64,000 nt of DNA. Source: Amphiscolops sp. MND2022 (Eukaryota). Shown here one piece after another: positions 8,201 to 17,300 of this stretch. The DNA lies in assembly GCA_964187785.1 (NCBI GenBank), contig OZ076409.1, positions 48,920,001-48,984,000 of the forward strand, given 5' to 3'. How positions within the stretch are numbered: position 1 is the first letter of the stretch; every line of letters starts with the position of its first letter. The notes beneath the pieces are model-generated. The model saw only the letters and a list, made by a program, of their open reading frames with translations, did no database searches and was not told the origin of the DNA. The position numbers and the translations under genes are program-made.

Positions 8201-11174
8201 CAGCAACGTACAGCGGATCAAAAAGGGCACCCTTTTGGGAACCGCGGTACCCGTGACGATGGTTCATAAAGCCATCCCCCAAATTGTCCCCGGACAATCA
8301 AATGAAACTCTGCAGTCAAATGCAAATTATGTTTGTAAAGTTTACGAACAGATGAACCTTGATTCTTCTTCTGAATATAGTTCTTCATCTGAATTTGAGT
8401 TTTTGTCCTCTACCGAACCGTCAGAACTAGGCTTGTCCGAGCGTGAAATAAAAAAACGAACCGATCCGGCGCTAATGGCTCCGATACCGGGCCCGGAAGC
8501 ACAACTCGACGAAGTGCGCGGTTTGTGGGGCTCGACCGCCAGCGACACGCTTAGTAAACTTTTGAACGAATTTGATGATTTGTTTATGAAATTCAAAGCC
8601 GACATTGGCAAATGTAAAATCGCTATGCACCCGGTGGAAGTAGAGCCAGGGGCTATACCTCACCGTGAAGGTGCAAGACGAATGTCGCCTGACAAGGCAG
8701 AACGTGCTAACCAAGAAGTCCGTGACTTGCTAGCTTTGGGAATGATACAACCTTCCCTATCCCCTTGTGCGAGTGGAATTGTTATGGTCAAAAAGAAGAG
8801 TGGTGAATTGCGATTCTGTTGTGACTTTCGACCACTTAATGAAGTGACCATCAAAGACGCTTATCCCTTGCCACGTATCGATGAGAGTCTATCCCGATTG
8901 GGCAAAGCCAAAATCTATACCAGTATTGACTTGGCATGGGCATTCTGGAAAATTCCTGTCCGAAAAGCCGATCGTCAAAAGACTGCCTTCGCTTGTGAAC
9001 TTGGGTTATTTGAGTGGCGGCGTATGCCTTTTGGTATGTGTAACGCATCAGCAACATTTCAACGGGCAATAGCGCGAGCGCTACAAAGAATAGTGAACCG
9101 CGAAGGAAGTATGGTTATGGCCTATATCGATGACATTGTGATTGCTACCAAGACCATCGAGGATCACATGGATAGACTATGCGAAGTATTCCAATGCCTG
9201 CGTGAGGCCGGCTTCAAAATGAGAGTCTCCAAGTGTGATTTTATGAAATCGGAGATCAAATATTTGGGCCGAGTTGTATCCGCAGATGGTATCAAGCCAG
9301 ATCCAAAAGCTGTCGCCAAGCTGAAAGATTGGGATATCCCGCGAACCAAAACTGAATTGCAAAGTTTCTTGGGTTTTGCCAACTACTATCGGGATTTTAT
9401 CCCATGGCATGCAAAGCTAGTTGCCCCTTTACATGCGATGACGGGCACAGGCTCTCCATTTTTATGGGGGGAGGAGCAGCAGCGAGCCTTTAACAGCATC
9501 AAAGTGGCACTAATGGAAGCCACTGCTCTGGCGCAACCCGACACTGAAGGCGAATTTGTTCTTGACACCGATGCTAGTGGTGTAGCTATATCAGGTATTC
9601 TTCACCAATGGCAAGGACCACCTGAGAGTCGCAAATTGCGACCGATTGTATTCGGAAGCAAAAAGTTAACCTCTACGCAAGCAAAGTATGGAGCCCCAAA
9701 ACTGGAAATGTACGCTGCATACTATTTCATCTTGAAAAACCACAGCTATCTCTGTCCACGGAAATTCACACTGAGGGTCGACAATCAGGCCCTATCCTGG
9801 CTAAAGACATATTCGATGGATCAGGCGATTATTGGTCGATGGATTATGGCTCTTGAAAAATATCACTTCGGTATTGAGCACCGACCCAGAACGCAACATC
9901 GAAATGCTGATGGTCTTAGCAAACGAACAAATGACTACAAAAAACACGAAAAGCAATTAAAGGGTTTTCCCGCAATTGCAGACAAATGGGATTTCCTATC
10001 ACAAGAGGAATACAACAAACTCCCGCTAGCCCCATGGTTTGATGTCCACGGACGTGTGATACCAAATCACCCAGAATTGCCTGCACACTTGCAGAGGTTG
10101 GCTAGCCAAAGTTCACCCGAAACCACAGTTGCCGCTCCCACGCGAAGGAGCGGACAAAGCAAACGAAGTGCGATCATGCGCGACGAAGCCATGAGAGCAC
10201 CCCTACCTACATTGCCAAAACCAGAATTGGCACTGCCTGCCGAACTTTATCCAGAGTATCCTGAGGATTGGTTGGAACTGACCGAGGAATATCAACGAGA
10301 CTATTTGCTCCCCACGCATGCTGCTAACGTACCATCAAGAACCACTTATCCACTGACGGAAAAGCAAGCAACTAGCACCGCACCAGAGCACGTAAAACAA
10401 GCCGCGTTTGTGGTAAACAGTATATCGATGGAATTGCATGAACATGCTAACACAGTCCATGGGTTGAAAGATCTACTACTGGCACAAAACCGTGACGTCC
10501 ACGTCTTGGCTATCAAGAAATTGGTAATGCAAGAGTCAATAGATCATGACATCTTTCCGGAAAATGTACGTGCCTTTGCCAAAAACTACCACAAACAGAA
10601 GAAGAACCTTCTGCTGGTAAACGCCAACGGGGTTTTGTGTGTAAAGTACTCCAAAAGTCAAAGAATTTTGCATGAACGCCCCTGCATGATAGTGATGCCC
10701 CAATTGTATCAGCATGAGATATTGTTCAAGGCCCACGACGCGATGGGACATCAGGGCATCGCGAAAGTCTTGGCCAGAATTCAAGAGCGCCACACTTGGC
10801 CAGGCATCCGCCGCACCATTGGACAATACGTCAGCCAATGTATCACTTGTCAACAAGTACGTGACAAGCCTGGTGATGTACGCTTTCACTTGAAAAATAT
10901 CCAAAGCGGCTATTTTAACGAGCTAGTCCAATATGACCACATGAAAATTTGTCCCTCTGACGATGGTAACACAGGGATCTTGGTTATTATTGATCATTTC
11001 TCTAAGCTCGCAGAAGCTGTGCCGTGCAACCACGATGAGTATGATGCAGCGACCACTTCAAAATTGTTGTTGCAGAAATGGTTTGCCCGCCATGGAACGC
11101 CGACGAGAATGCAGTCAGACAATGCTCAGCAGAGGCTCCCAACTTCACCGCGGCAGTATCTGCTGAGTTTATGA
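5295..11174 (+). CDS. gag-pol: Gag-Pol: capsid-like region, two CCHC knuckles, pseudo-protease, aspartic protease, dUTPase-like insert, RT, RNase H, integrase N-terminal half
   Basis: CFNCGLPGHFAREC (6834), CVNCGMTEHSASQC (6981), LIDTGS (7626), FLLGRNFL, LRFCCDFRPLN, YPLPRID, MPFG, YIDD (9123), VLDTDAS, NADGLS, HHCC zinc finger, IIDHFSK, SDN. Confidence 0.95.
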   Translation: MDAMGYRMAEMKDMVAEREVRMEAQMQEVCSQIQAMGTMLKNIQPRPAPASNTIKELLQDTDVSLPKPMKSVSLKPKESLTTATNPSGSKQHLARYAPLPQPLVSNGEAASTSTKFIPSAVSTKYIPPTTKAHKKEPTCEVRTIDTSSMGITGLREPTRTNDLTEVTSTFQTANATLGESAAEFQTADDGLPPGNPCASSTRRREVTIPENTDDSVNSTRGSSIPPPAITEEAPISPEQLRFTEAISKAMSKELAPLIANRDQTRVRPTVYKGTNDGTVDGWLPVMKRFLERVHAKSPKIDKAWAIIDHLEGEARNYIINKSEPERDEPDKVFSLLASRFGTGGNRMHVRQTFMSRVQQEKEDWMQFLDALEGLRTQGFPDEPITTRRYEILQRFIDGVNDPTLRQELAVVYASETYLTEPPTVESLRFTTRQLQRHRPNTSKPYDPRYAMRSRPNPFVPGKLVHPAPGLPQNVLPPNQGQREAKPQMAPPGPASVKQAPAQQQPARVIPQGACFNCGLPGHFARECPHRDLARKPAARAAPEERVNLCENNVASACSGPVFCVNCGMTEHSASQCQNVPVHEDLAYSLWAEQPSASQTMSDSEMVLMLRPAEAAHVATPLTVTCGKIQIQTNPEPTTFDPSGRTIMSARLLLAVERETRPELTIDALIEEMTANENCRQLTLPQREEWQVKGVTSTYHAYSPIPVKVCIDGVDMRFGATIITDAFPPGNCLGPQELRCYNIDAQEPTGEARIDERASLVVSFVVPDAAPVPLRGLIDTGSGVSILTFSAYNRVAVRTGTLLRPYGIDLYAANGKTIKTFGLAEKVKFQLGGYELETNLVVVDDAMGVEDFLLGRNFLRAYQVLVDLTAMKVIVRAPSEPVWYHAHAQESNESLNSSVAIAQDVVLQPFERAILRARLLVDNLEPFMFRTVLINFQTPNRMLKNAIFLEDTVATVGETGFLYVSLGNLTSNVQRIKKGTLLGTAVPVTMVHKAIPQIVPGQSNETLQSNANYVCKVYEQMNLDSSSEYSSSSEFEFLSSTEPSELGLSEREIKKRTDPALMAPIPGPEAQLDEVRGLWGSTASDTLSKLLNEFDDLFMKFKADIGKCKIAMHPVEVEPGAIPHREGARRMSPDKAERANQEVRDLLALGMIQPSLSPCASGIVMVKKKSGELRFCCDFRPLNEVTIKDAYPLPRIDESLSRLGKAKIYTSIDLAWAFWKIPVRKADRQKTAFACELGLFEWRRMPFGMCNASATFQRAIARALQRIVNREGSMVMAYIDDIVIATKTIEDHMDRLCEVFQCLREAGFKMRVSKCDFMKSEIKYLGRVVSADGIKPDPKAVAKLKDWDIPRTKTELQSFLGFANYYRDFIPWHAKLVAPLHAMTGTGSPFLWGEEQQRAFNSIKVALMEATALAQPDTEGEFVLDTDASGVAISGILHQWQGPPESRKLRPIVFGSKKLTSTQAKYGAPKLEMYAAYYFILKNHSYLCPRKFTLRVDNQALSWLKTYSMDQAIIGRWIMALEKYHFGIEHRPRTQHRNADGLSKRTNDYKKHEKQLKGFPAIADKWDFLSQEEYNKLPLAPWFDVHGRVIPNHPELPAHLQRLASQSSPETTVAAPTRRSGQSKRSAIMRDEAMRAPLPTLPKPELALPAELYPEYPEDWLELTEEYQRDYLLPTHAANVPSRTTYPLTEKQATSTAPEHVKQAAFVVNSISMELHEHANTVHGLKDLLLAQNRDVHVLAIKKLVMQESIDHDIFPENVRAFAKNYHKQKKNLLLVNANGVLCVKYSKSQRILHERPCMIVMPQLYQHEILFKAHDAMGHQGIAKVLARIQERHTWPGIRRTIGQYVSQCITCQQVRDKPGDVRFHLKNIQSGYFNELVQYDHMKICPSDDGNTGILVIIDHFSKLAEAVPCNHDEYDAATTSKLLLQKWFARHGTPTRMQSDNAQQRLPTSPRQYLLSL

Positions 11175-14122
11175 AAGCCGCCCAAGTGACCAAAGTAACC
11201 TCAACTGCTGGCCACCCCAAGACTCAAGGGTTGGTAGAGCGACAAAACCGAACGTTACTCACCCTACTGCGTGTATTCTGCTCTAGACGAATGCGTGATT
11301 GGGACCAGTATTTAGATGAAGTCATGGGTGCATACAACTCCACACGTCATGCCACTACTGGGTTCTCCCCGTATATGCTGACCAGAGGCATGGAAAAAGC
11401 TATACCCCTGACTTTCTTGTATCCCGAATTTGCAACTCAGTCATTCGAATCACACGAAGCCTATGTGGAACATGTGCTGGCTCGACAGCAAGAGATTCAT
11501 GACTTAGTCCGTCGTAACACGCATCAAGCCCAGCAGCGACAAAAGTTGAAATACGACCGAGCAATTCGTGCTAAAGCCTTTGAAGTGGGCGAACCTGTTT
11601 GGGTATTCTGCCGATACATTCCTCAAAAAGGATCTCCTAAATTGATGAGAGCATGGCGTGGTCCTCACAAAGTAGCACGAGTGCTACAAGAGGGACGCGT
11701 CTACATACTTGACACTGGTCAGAAAGTACATTTCGAACGATTGAAACCGCACCATGGTGGTCCAACAGAATGGGCAGCTGTTCCTGCGCATAACGGCGAG
11801 GTTGCTATCATCATGGACCCTGACCCAGAACAATCCCACGAGGAAGTGAGAGACGATGCCTCGCAACCTTCTTATCGTGCGGAGGAACCAATTTCAGAAG
11901 CCAGTAATGCCTCTTTGCCTTCTCGACAAAGACATTGGATGGACACACGGTTGCGCACACGCATGCGCGCTGGTGGCAGCCGCCTACATTATCAACAATT
12001 TGACTATTCTTCGACTGAGTCTGACGACGAACGTTCTGATGTACTCCTGTCGAGTGTTCAGGCTAATCCCGATGAGAGTGCTATCTTGTCATCACATGTG
12101 GATGAACCTGCGCCTATTCCCGAAATACCAATATCACCACTGCCTGCTATGGAGGCTCTATTCTCAGAGAATGAAGCAGTGCCCGACGTCTTGGATATCG
12201 CCCCAAATCCTACTATCCACGCACCCACCAAAAGTGCCGGCACCTCTCTGACCGGTACATCCGCCCCATTATTGACAAATCCATCTCTTACGGATATGTT
12301 GAGTAACTTTCCCATTTGGCCCCTAATCGATGACAATGTTCTCAACCCCACCTTAGACGACAACGGTGCTGAAGCACCAATGACCAATGACGAAAAGGGA
12401 TTTATTCCCCCTACGACAGTTCCCACCAACAACAACGCAGCTACTACCACGAAACTCTCCAATGCTCCTAGAGGGCATAGACCGCGGGGACGTCCGCCAG
12501 GCAGAGCGAGGCCGCGAGCCTCGCTGCCACGTGGCCACCAACAGAGAGGTGCTATTAGAGGCGCTCGCAAAAGAGGCCGTCCCAGAGGAAGACCTCCTCG
12601 TACAACACACGCCAGACCTAACACCTCTACCCGTGTTCGTCGCACTCCATCTGTGGACACTGACTCTTCTGCCCCTAGCGCGGCGGTTACCTCAGATCAA
12701 GCAGCACCGCCAGAATCAACCAACGCTCGCTATGGCCTGCGACGCTATCGTATTCCCAGATATCGTTGCGGAACCTGTGGCCTACGAGACTGCGAATGTA
12801 ACTACATGGTCCACGCGGGCTTCCCAATTAAACCCCAGGGAGTCCTGCTAGCACGTGAACAGGAGAAATCGCTTCCAAGCGGCACGGTTGACCGTTTGGT
12901 TATTCGAGCCGAGAAGACTTATACTGGGCTACAACGCAGCGACACTCCATATCCTGTGGACTATATCCTATCCAAAATGAAAGATTCTACGATAGCAAAG
13001 GCCCCGTGCCCAAGGTTCAAGGAGTGGACCTATGATCTTATTGGTTTGGAATTCACATTACCTATCACTGTTCCCCCCTTGCCTACAAATATTGCTTTTG
13101 GTCCTTTCAACTATGAACGAGAGCCTATCCAAATGGTACGCTGTATTCCTGCTGACCTTTTGTATGACAAGTACAATATCACCGCAAAACCAGGAGACGT
13201 TTATCAGCCTGCAACCAACTGGTGGCTACTACTTACGGCCAAACAAGTGTCCGACCTGGTTCATCCCAATAACTTGAACACCTGTCTGGAGAGTTTGCGG
13301 ACAATGGCCTCTCCTGATAGAATCACTTGTTTCCACACCATAGACCTGTATCGTGGTAAAATTAAGTTTGAATGGTGGCTGGAACTTATCATAGCAGTCT
13401 TATCGAACTTTTCACGAATCCGATTCCTGGACGAATGGACACACTCATTTCCTAGTCCTGTATCACTCCAATCAGCCCTACACGCACTGGATACATGGTC
13501 CAGGGCTAACATTGATAATCAATCGTTGCCGCGATCTGTGTGGCAAGACTTGGGCGCCATTAAAGGCCTCCTTCCGAACACATGTGACGATGCTCTCTCC
13601 AATGACCCCGGACGAGAGTTAGTATACCATGGAGCCGTGAGACCTCAATTGGTTGACTATGTGCAGTATGCCAATACGGACTTCCTGCAAACTCCCCATC
13701 ATATTGTTTTATGTTGTCCCGCAAACCTTGAGACTAATTCTGCCGCTCTTCGTTACGTCATTCGTGAGCATGGTGCAGATGCAATCTTTCAACTTCGACC
13801 AGAGGTTGGCAATATTGTGACGCTACCCACATCTTTGATAGACGGCCATCCTCAGACTATCAACCTTTTAATCACACGAGCTACACCTCGCTGCCCTATG
13901 CTCGCTGATATTCTCTTTGGATGTCTTGATCATTTGAAAACGTTACTCGAGCGCTTAGAGGCGATAGAAATACACTTTGCCATCATTGATCCTGAGCGCC
14001 CAATACGTAATCTTTTCGACTTTTATACCTGTTTGATGGACGTATTCGCTGACACGCCCCTGACCGTCGTTCTTCACGATCGCGTTTACGTATCTATTGC
14101 AAGCGTCGCTAGCTTTCCGTAG
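11138..14122 (+). CDS. pol: Continuation of pol after an 11-bp insertion: integrase C-terminal half, disordered linker, AT-hooks, Cys cluster, two macrodomain-like repeats
   Basis: Removing 11127-11137 restores SDNAPNFT. Then HPKTQGLVER (catalytic E), AYNST.H.TTGFSPY, WRGPH (GPY/F) and VHFERLK. GRPRGRP motifs at 12480-12600. Confidence 0.9.
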   Translation, partial: PNFTAAVSAEFMKAAQVTKVTSTAGHPKTQGLVERQNRTLLTLLRVFCSRRMRDWDQYLDEVMGAYNSTRHATTGFSPYMLTRGMEKAIPLTFLYPEFATQSFESHEAYVEHVLARQQEIHDLVRRNTHQAQQRQKLKYDRAIRAKAFEVGEPVWVFCRYIPQKGSPKLMRAWRGPHKVARVLQEGRVYILDTGQKVHFERLKPHHGGPTEWAAVPAHNGEVAIIMDPDPEQSHEEVRDDASQPSYRAEEPISEASNASLPSRQRHWMDTRLRTRMRAGGSRLHYQQFDYSSTESDDERSDVLLSSVQANPDESAILSSHVDEPAPIPEIPISPLPAMEALFSENEAVPDVLDIAPNPTIHAPTKSAGTSLTGTSAPLLTNPSLTDMLSNFPIWPLIDDNVLNPTLDDNGAEAPMTNDEKGFIPPTTVPTNNNAATTTKLSNAPRGHRPRGRPPGRARPRASLPRGHQQRGAIRGARKRGRPRGRPPRTTHARPNTSTRVRRTPSVDTDSSAPSAAVTSDQAAPPESTNARYGLRRYRIPRYRCGTCGLRDCECNYMVHAGFPIKPQGVLLAREQEKSLPSGTVDRLVIRAEKTYTGLQRSDTPYPVDYILSKMKDSTIAKAPCPRFKEWTYDLIGLEFTLPITVPPLPTNIAFGPFNYEREPIQMVRCIPADLLYDKYNITAKPGDVYQPATNWWLLLTAKQVSDLVHPNNLNTCLESLRTMASPDRITCFHTIDLYRGKIKFEWWLELIIAVLSNFSRIRFLDEWTHSFPSPVSLQSALHALDTWSRANIDNQSLPRSVWQDLGAIKGLLPNTCDDALSNDPGRELVYHGAVRPQLVDYVQYANTDFLQTPHHIVLCCPANLETNSAALRYVIREHGADAIFQLRPEVGNIVTLPTSLIDGHPQTINLLITRATPRCPMLADILFGCLDHLKTLLERLEAIEIHFAIIDPERPIRNLFDFYTCLMDVFADTPLTVVLHDRVYVSIASVASFP

Positions 14123-14344
14123 AACTTTTTTTTTCCTTTCGCTCTTTTTTTGTTTTTTTTGTCCGCTCGATTAAGTTTAGTGAATCGACACGGAGTTTAC
14201 TTGAAACAAATACGTTACCTTTTCTTTTAATGTTAATTTGTGATATCCTATTACTTCCCCTGGTATTACCCTTAAAATGACCTATGGTGTTACCCTACTA
14301 TCAAGTGTGCTACAATCGACCTGCAGTCTTTCAGAGTTTCCGTC

Positions 14345-17300
14345 ATGAACCAAGGTGACGATGAAAGCAACTACGTCCCTCCAAGGTCTTCAGATGACTC
14401 TCCTGCCTTGGGGCAACGCGTTTACGACACTGCGCGTGTCCAGCGTACCCCACAAATTGCTTTCATTCGAGACAGACTCGACCAAGGTCTGTCGCCAGCT
14501 ACAGTAGCCGGGGTGGCGGCGATCATAGCCCAGATGGAGTCACAAGTGCAAGCCCCTATGCTGACGATATCTATCACTTCAGGCTTTCCTGGGTTCCAGC
14601 GATCTATGACGTTCCAAGATGGAGTGTGGTACGGCCATGATCTCACACATCACTTTACGGATGATCGTGCAGCGATCTCATACAGTCCTGCGAATGGCGG
14701 AGTCCATCAGACCAGATCTCTACAGATCCCCTCTTGCCCGCCTCCACCTCCACCGCCACCTCCTGTATCGATGCCACAAACAGTAGTGCGTGCAAGCACT
14801 TCTGCTCCTGCAGTACCTAACTTGTCCAATCAACCAATGGCAGAACAAGCAGTTATCTCAGCACTGCAAGCAGTAGCTATCAACCCTAATTACGCTGATT
14901 TCATGCGATCCATGGAGCAGTGTTGGCCTGAACTACGCCAAATTGCTCTGCCCACTGTCACTATTCGCAACGAAAACGCCACTTTGAACCAAACAAGTCA
15001 AGATGCTATCACTATTCCTCACGTCAATCCTCAGTCTGAACAGCCAGGGCACTCCCGCACCGTGACTGTAGAGCGCAGTCGTTCGCCTTCCCGCTCTTCT
15101 CAAAAGGGGGGAGGAGAGAGCCGCCCTGCCTCCAGAAAACGCAATGACCGTTCTCCAACAAGAATGAGTGCTCAACAACCACTAACTGCTCGTGACAGCC
15201 CCTCGAGCAAGCCACCACCCGACAAAAGGATCTCCAACGAGAAGGCCACAACCTCCAAGACGCCAAACCAAACAAAATCAAAAGTGTCGGAAGCATCCGT
15301 GCTTCCCTCACCCCAGCCACAACCAAACGCAACAGGCGAACAACAAGGACTGCCGCAGCCACCATCCACGCAGTCTACAACACGCGAGTCGCTGGCTCAA
15401 CGAGCGATTCCTAAGCCTTCTACATCAAGACAGCCACAAACGGAGCAAACTGTGGGTTATCAAGGCACCCCTGAACCGCAGCGAACTGTCAAGGACATAA
15501 TGGGTGATTACCCAGGATTGAAGGTAACCAACAGTGGTCCAACTGGAACCCCACTCCGCAAACAGGCAATTCAACACCCAACTAAGAGGACCTTTACAAA
15601 GCAACCGACGTACCTGAGTCCAATGCAAAACACGAAGGGCACGCTGATCACCAAGGACTCCCGACGTATCTGGGAATCGGCAGTTATTGTATCACCCGAA
15701 TGGCTGTTTGAAAAGAACATGTGTCCTCCGAATGACGAAGAGCATGCGAAATTGAAGAAGGCGAATGTACCTGTATTCATGAATCGTCCAATTCGCCCCG
15801 ACCACACCCCTACTAATGAGCCGCCATGGCTAGGGAAGGCAATGAATATTCTGCCAAACGTAGAAGACAACTACTTGGACGCCCTCAACATTGACCTTCG
15901 TGGGCAATTCGCTGACCGATACTTCCTCAACGCTGGAGAGACCTTCGAGATCAACCCGCGGTACGCCCGTGACCTCGAAGCCCAGCTACCAATGCCAAAA
16001 GAAAGGTTGCAGCGTGCGCGCTTCGCCTTACTTGTAGACTCGACCTTCCTCAAAAATATCCCTATTGACAATGTGCTGTCAGACGTGATGGTTTTCACTC
16101 TACCGCTGTCACGTATCCCCGAGATGGCTGAAGTGTTGGTCACCATGTTTGACCCCGAGATGACGGGGACCTTCAAAGAGCCACCCCCACGCAGAGTGAT
16201 CATCAGTAACGTTTTCGATCACATGGCCTGTGAAGGACTAATGGCCCAGATCGCGAACGTTGAAATCATAAATCCAACTCCAGCACAGCAAGCAACAGTA
16301 CGCAACGCAGCACTGAATGTGGCCCGAGCCATGGAAAAAGCCCAAAATATCCTAAAGAATAAACTCAACGTGCCAGTCTTGTTTGTAACACCCCCAGGTT
16401 TCTGCCAGTGGCATCCCGCCTTGCAGAGATTTATCTATATGGTAACAGAAATTTGCAAATGTAGAGAAATAGACTTTGCGATCTGCGCGCCCAATATGCG
16501 GATCAGCTCCGACGACTTGCGTCCCTCCTGGCTTTCCTACATGGGGTACGTTGCCTCAGTGTCTAAAGTGCTACAGTCAGTGGAAAAGACAGGGAACGCG
16601 CAGCTGACAATCGATGATGCCATCTATTTTGATCACGGCACTCGTATGGGCTTGTTAGTATTCAACAACAACGGAGAAAGGCGAGTCCCAGAACCTAGCA
16701 CGGCTGAATGTGAGGCAATCCGCCTGAATAACTGGATGGAGCGCGCGCGCTCCTCCGGTGGAAAGACTTGCATTAAAACTGATCTTGCGGAAGTCACCGC
16801 CATAATGAGCAAAATCCCCAGCGACCGAGAAGTGGAACGAGCCATCCCGCGAGTTCAATTTGCCCAGGACCTCACTATTGACCAACTATCAGTGGGAATG
16901 AGGTATATCGCTGCAAAATTGACGAGCGAGACTCAGGCTGAAATCCAAGCCTTCAGCAGCACCTACGACGCTTGGTACCAGCGGCTGCAAACTACCACCG
17001 TAGCAGACATTGCAAAAGAACTTGGGATGTCAACCGACCAATTTGCCATCTGTTTGGGATTGGGTTGGAGTCCCGATGTTATTCGAGTTGAGTTCGGCTT
17101 GGACGAACACTGGTTGATCGAAATCAGCAAGATTATCGGCACCATGCAAGTAAACGAACTCTTTGCACTGATAATCACCTTCGGGCAGAAACGCTTCGTA
17201 GCTGGCCCAATTATGATATTGACCGACCTGGTTACTGAGTGTAATCTGGAATGGCTATTTTCGTGTTTAGTGATTGCGCGAGGCAATATCTCAGGCCTCA

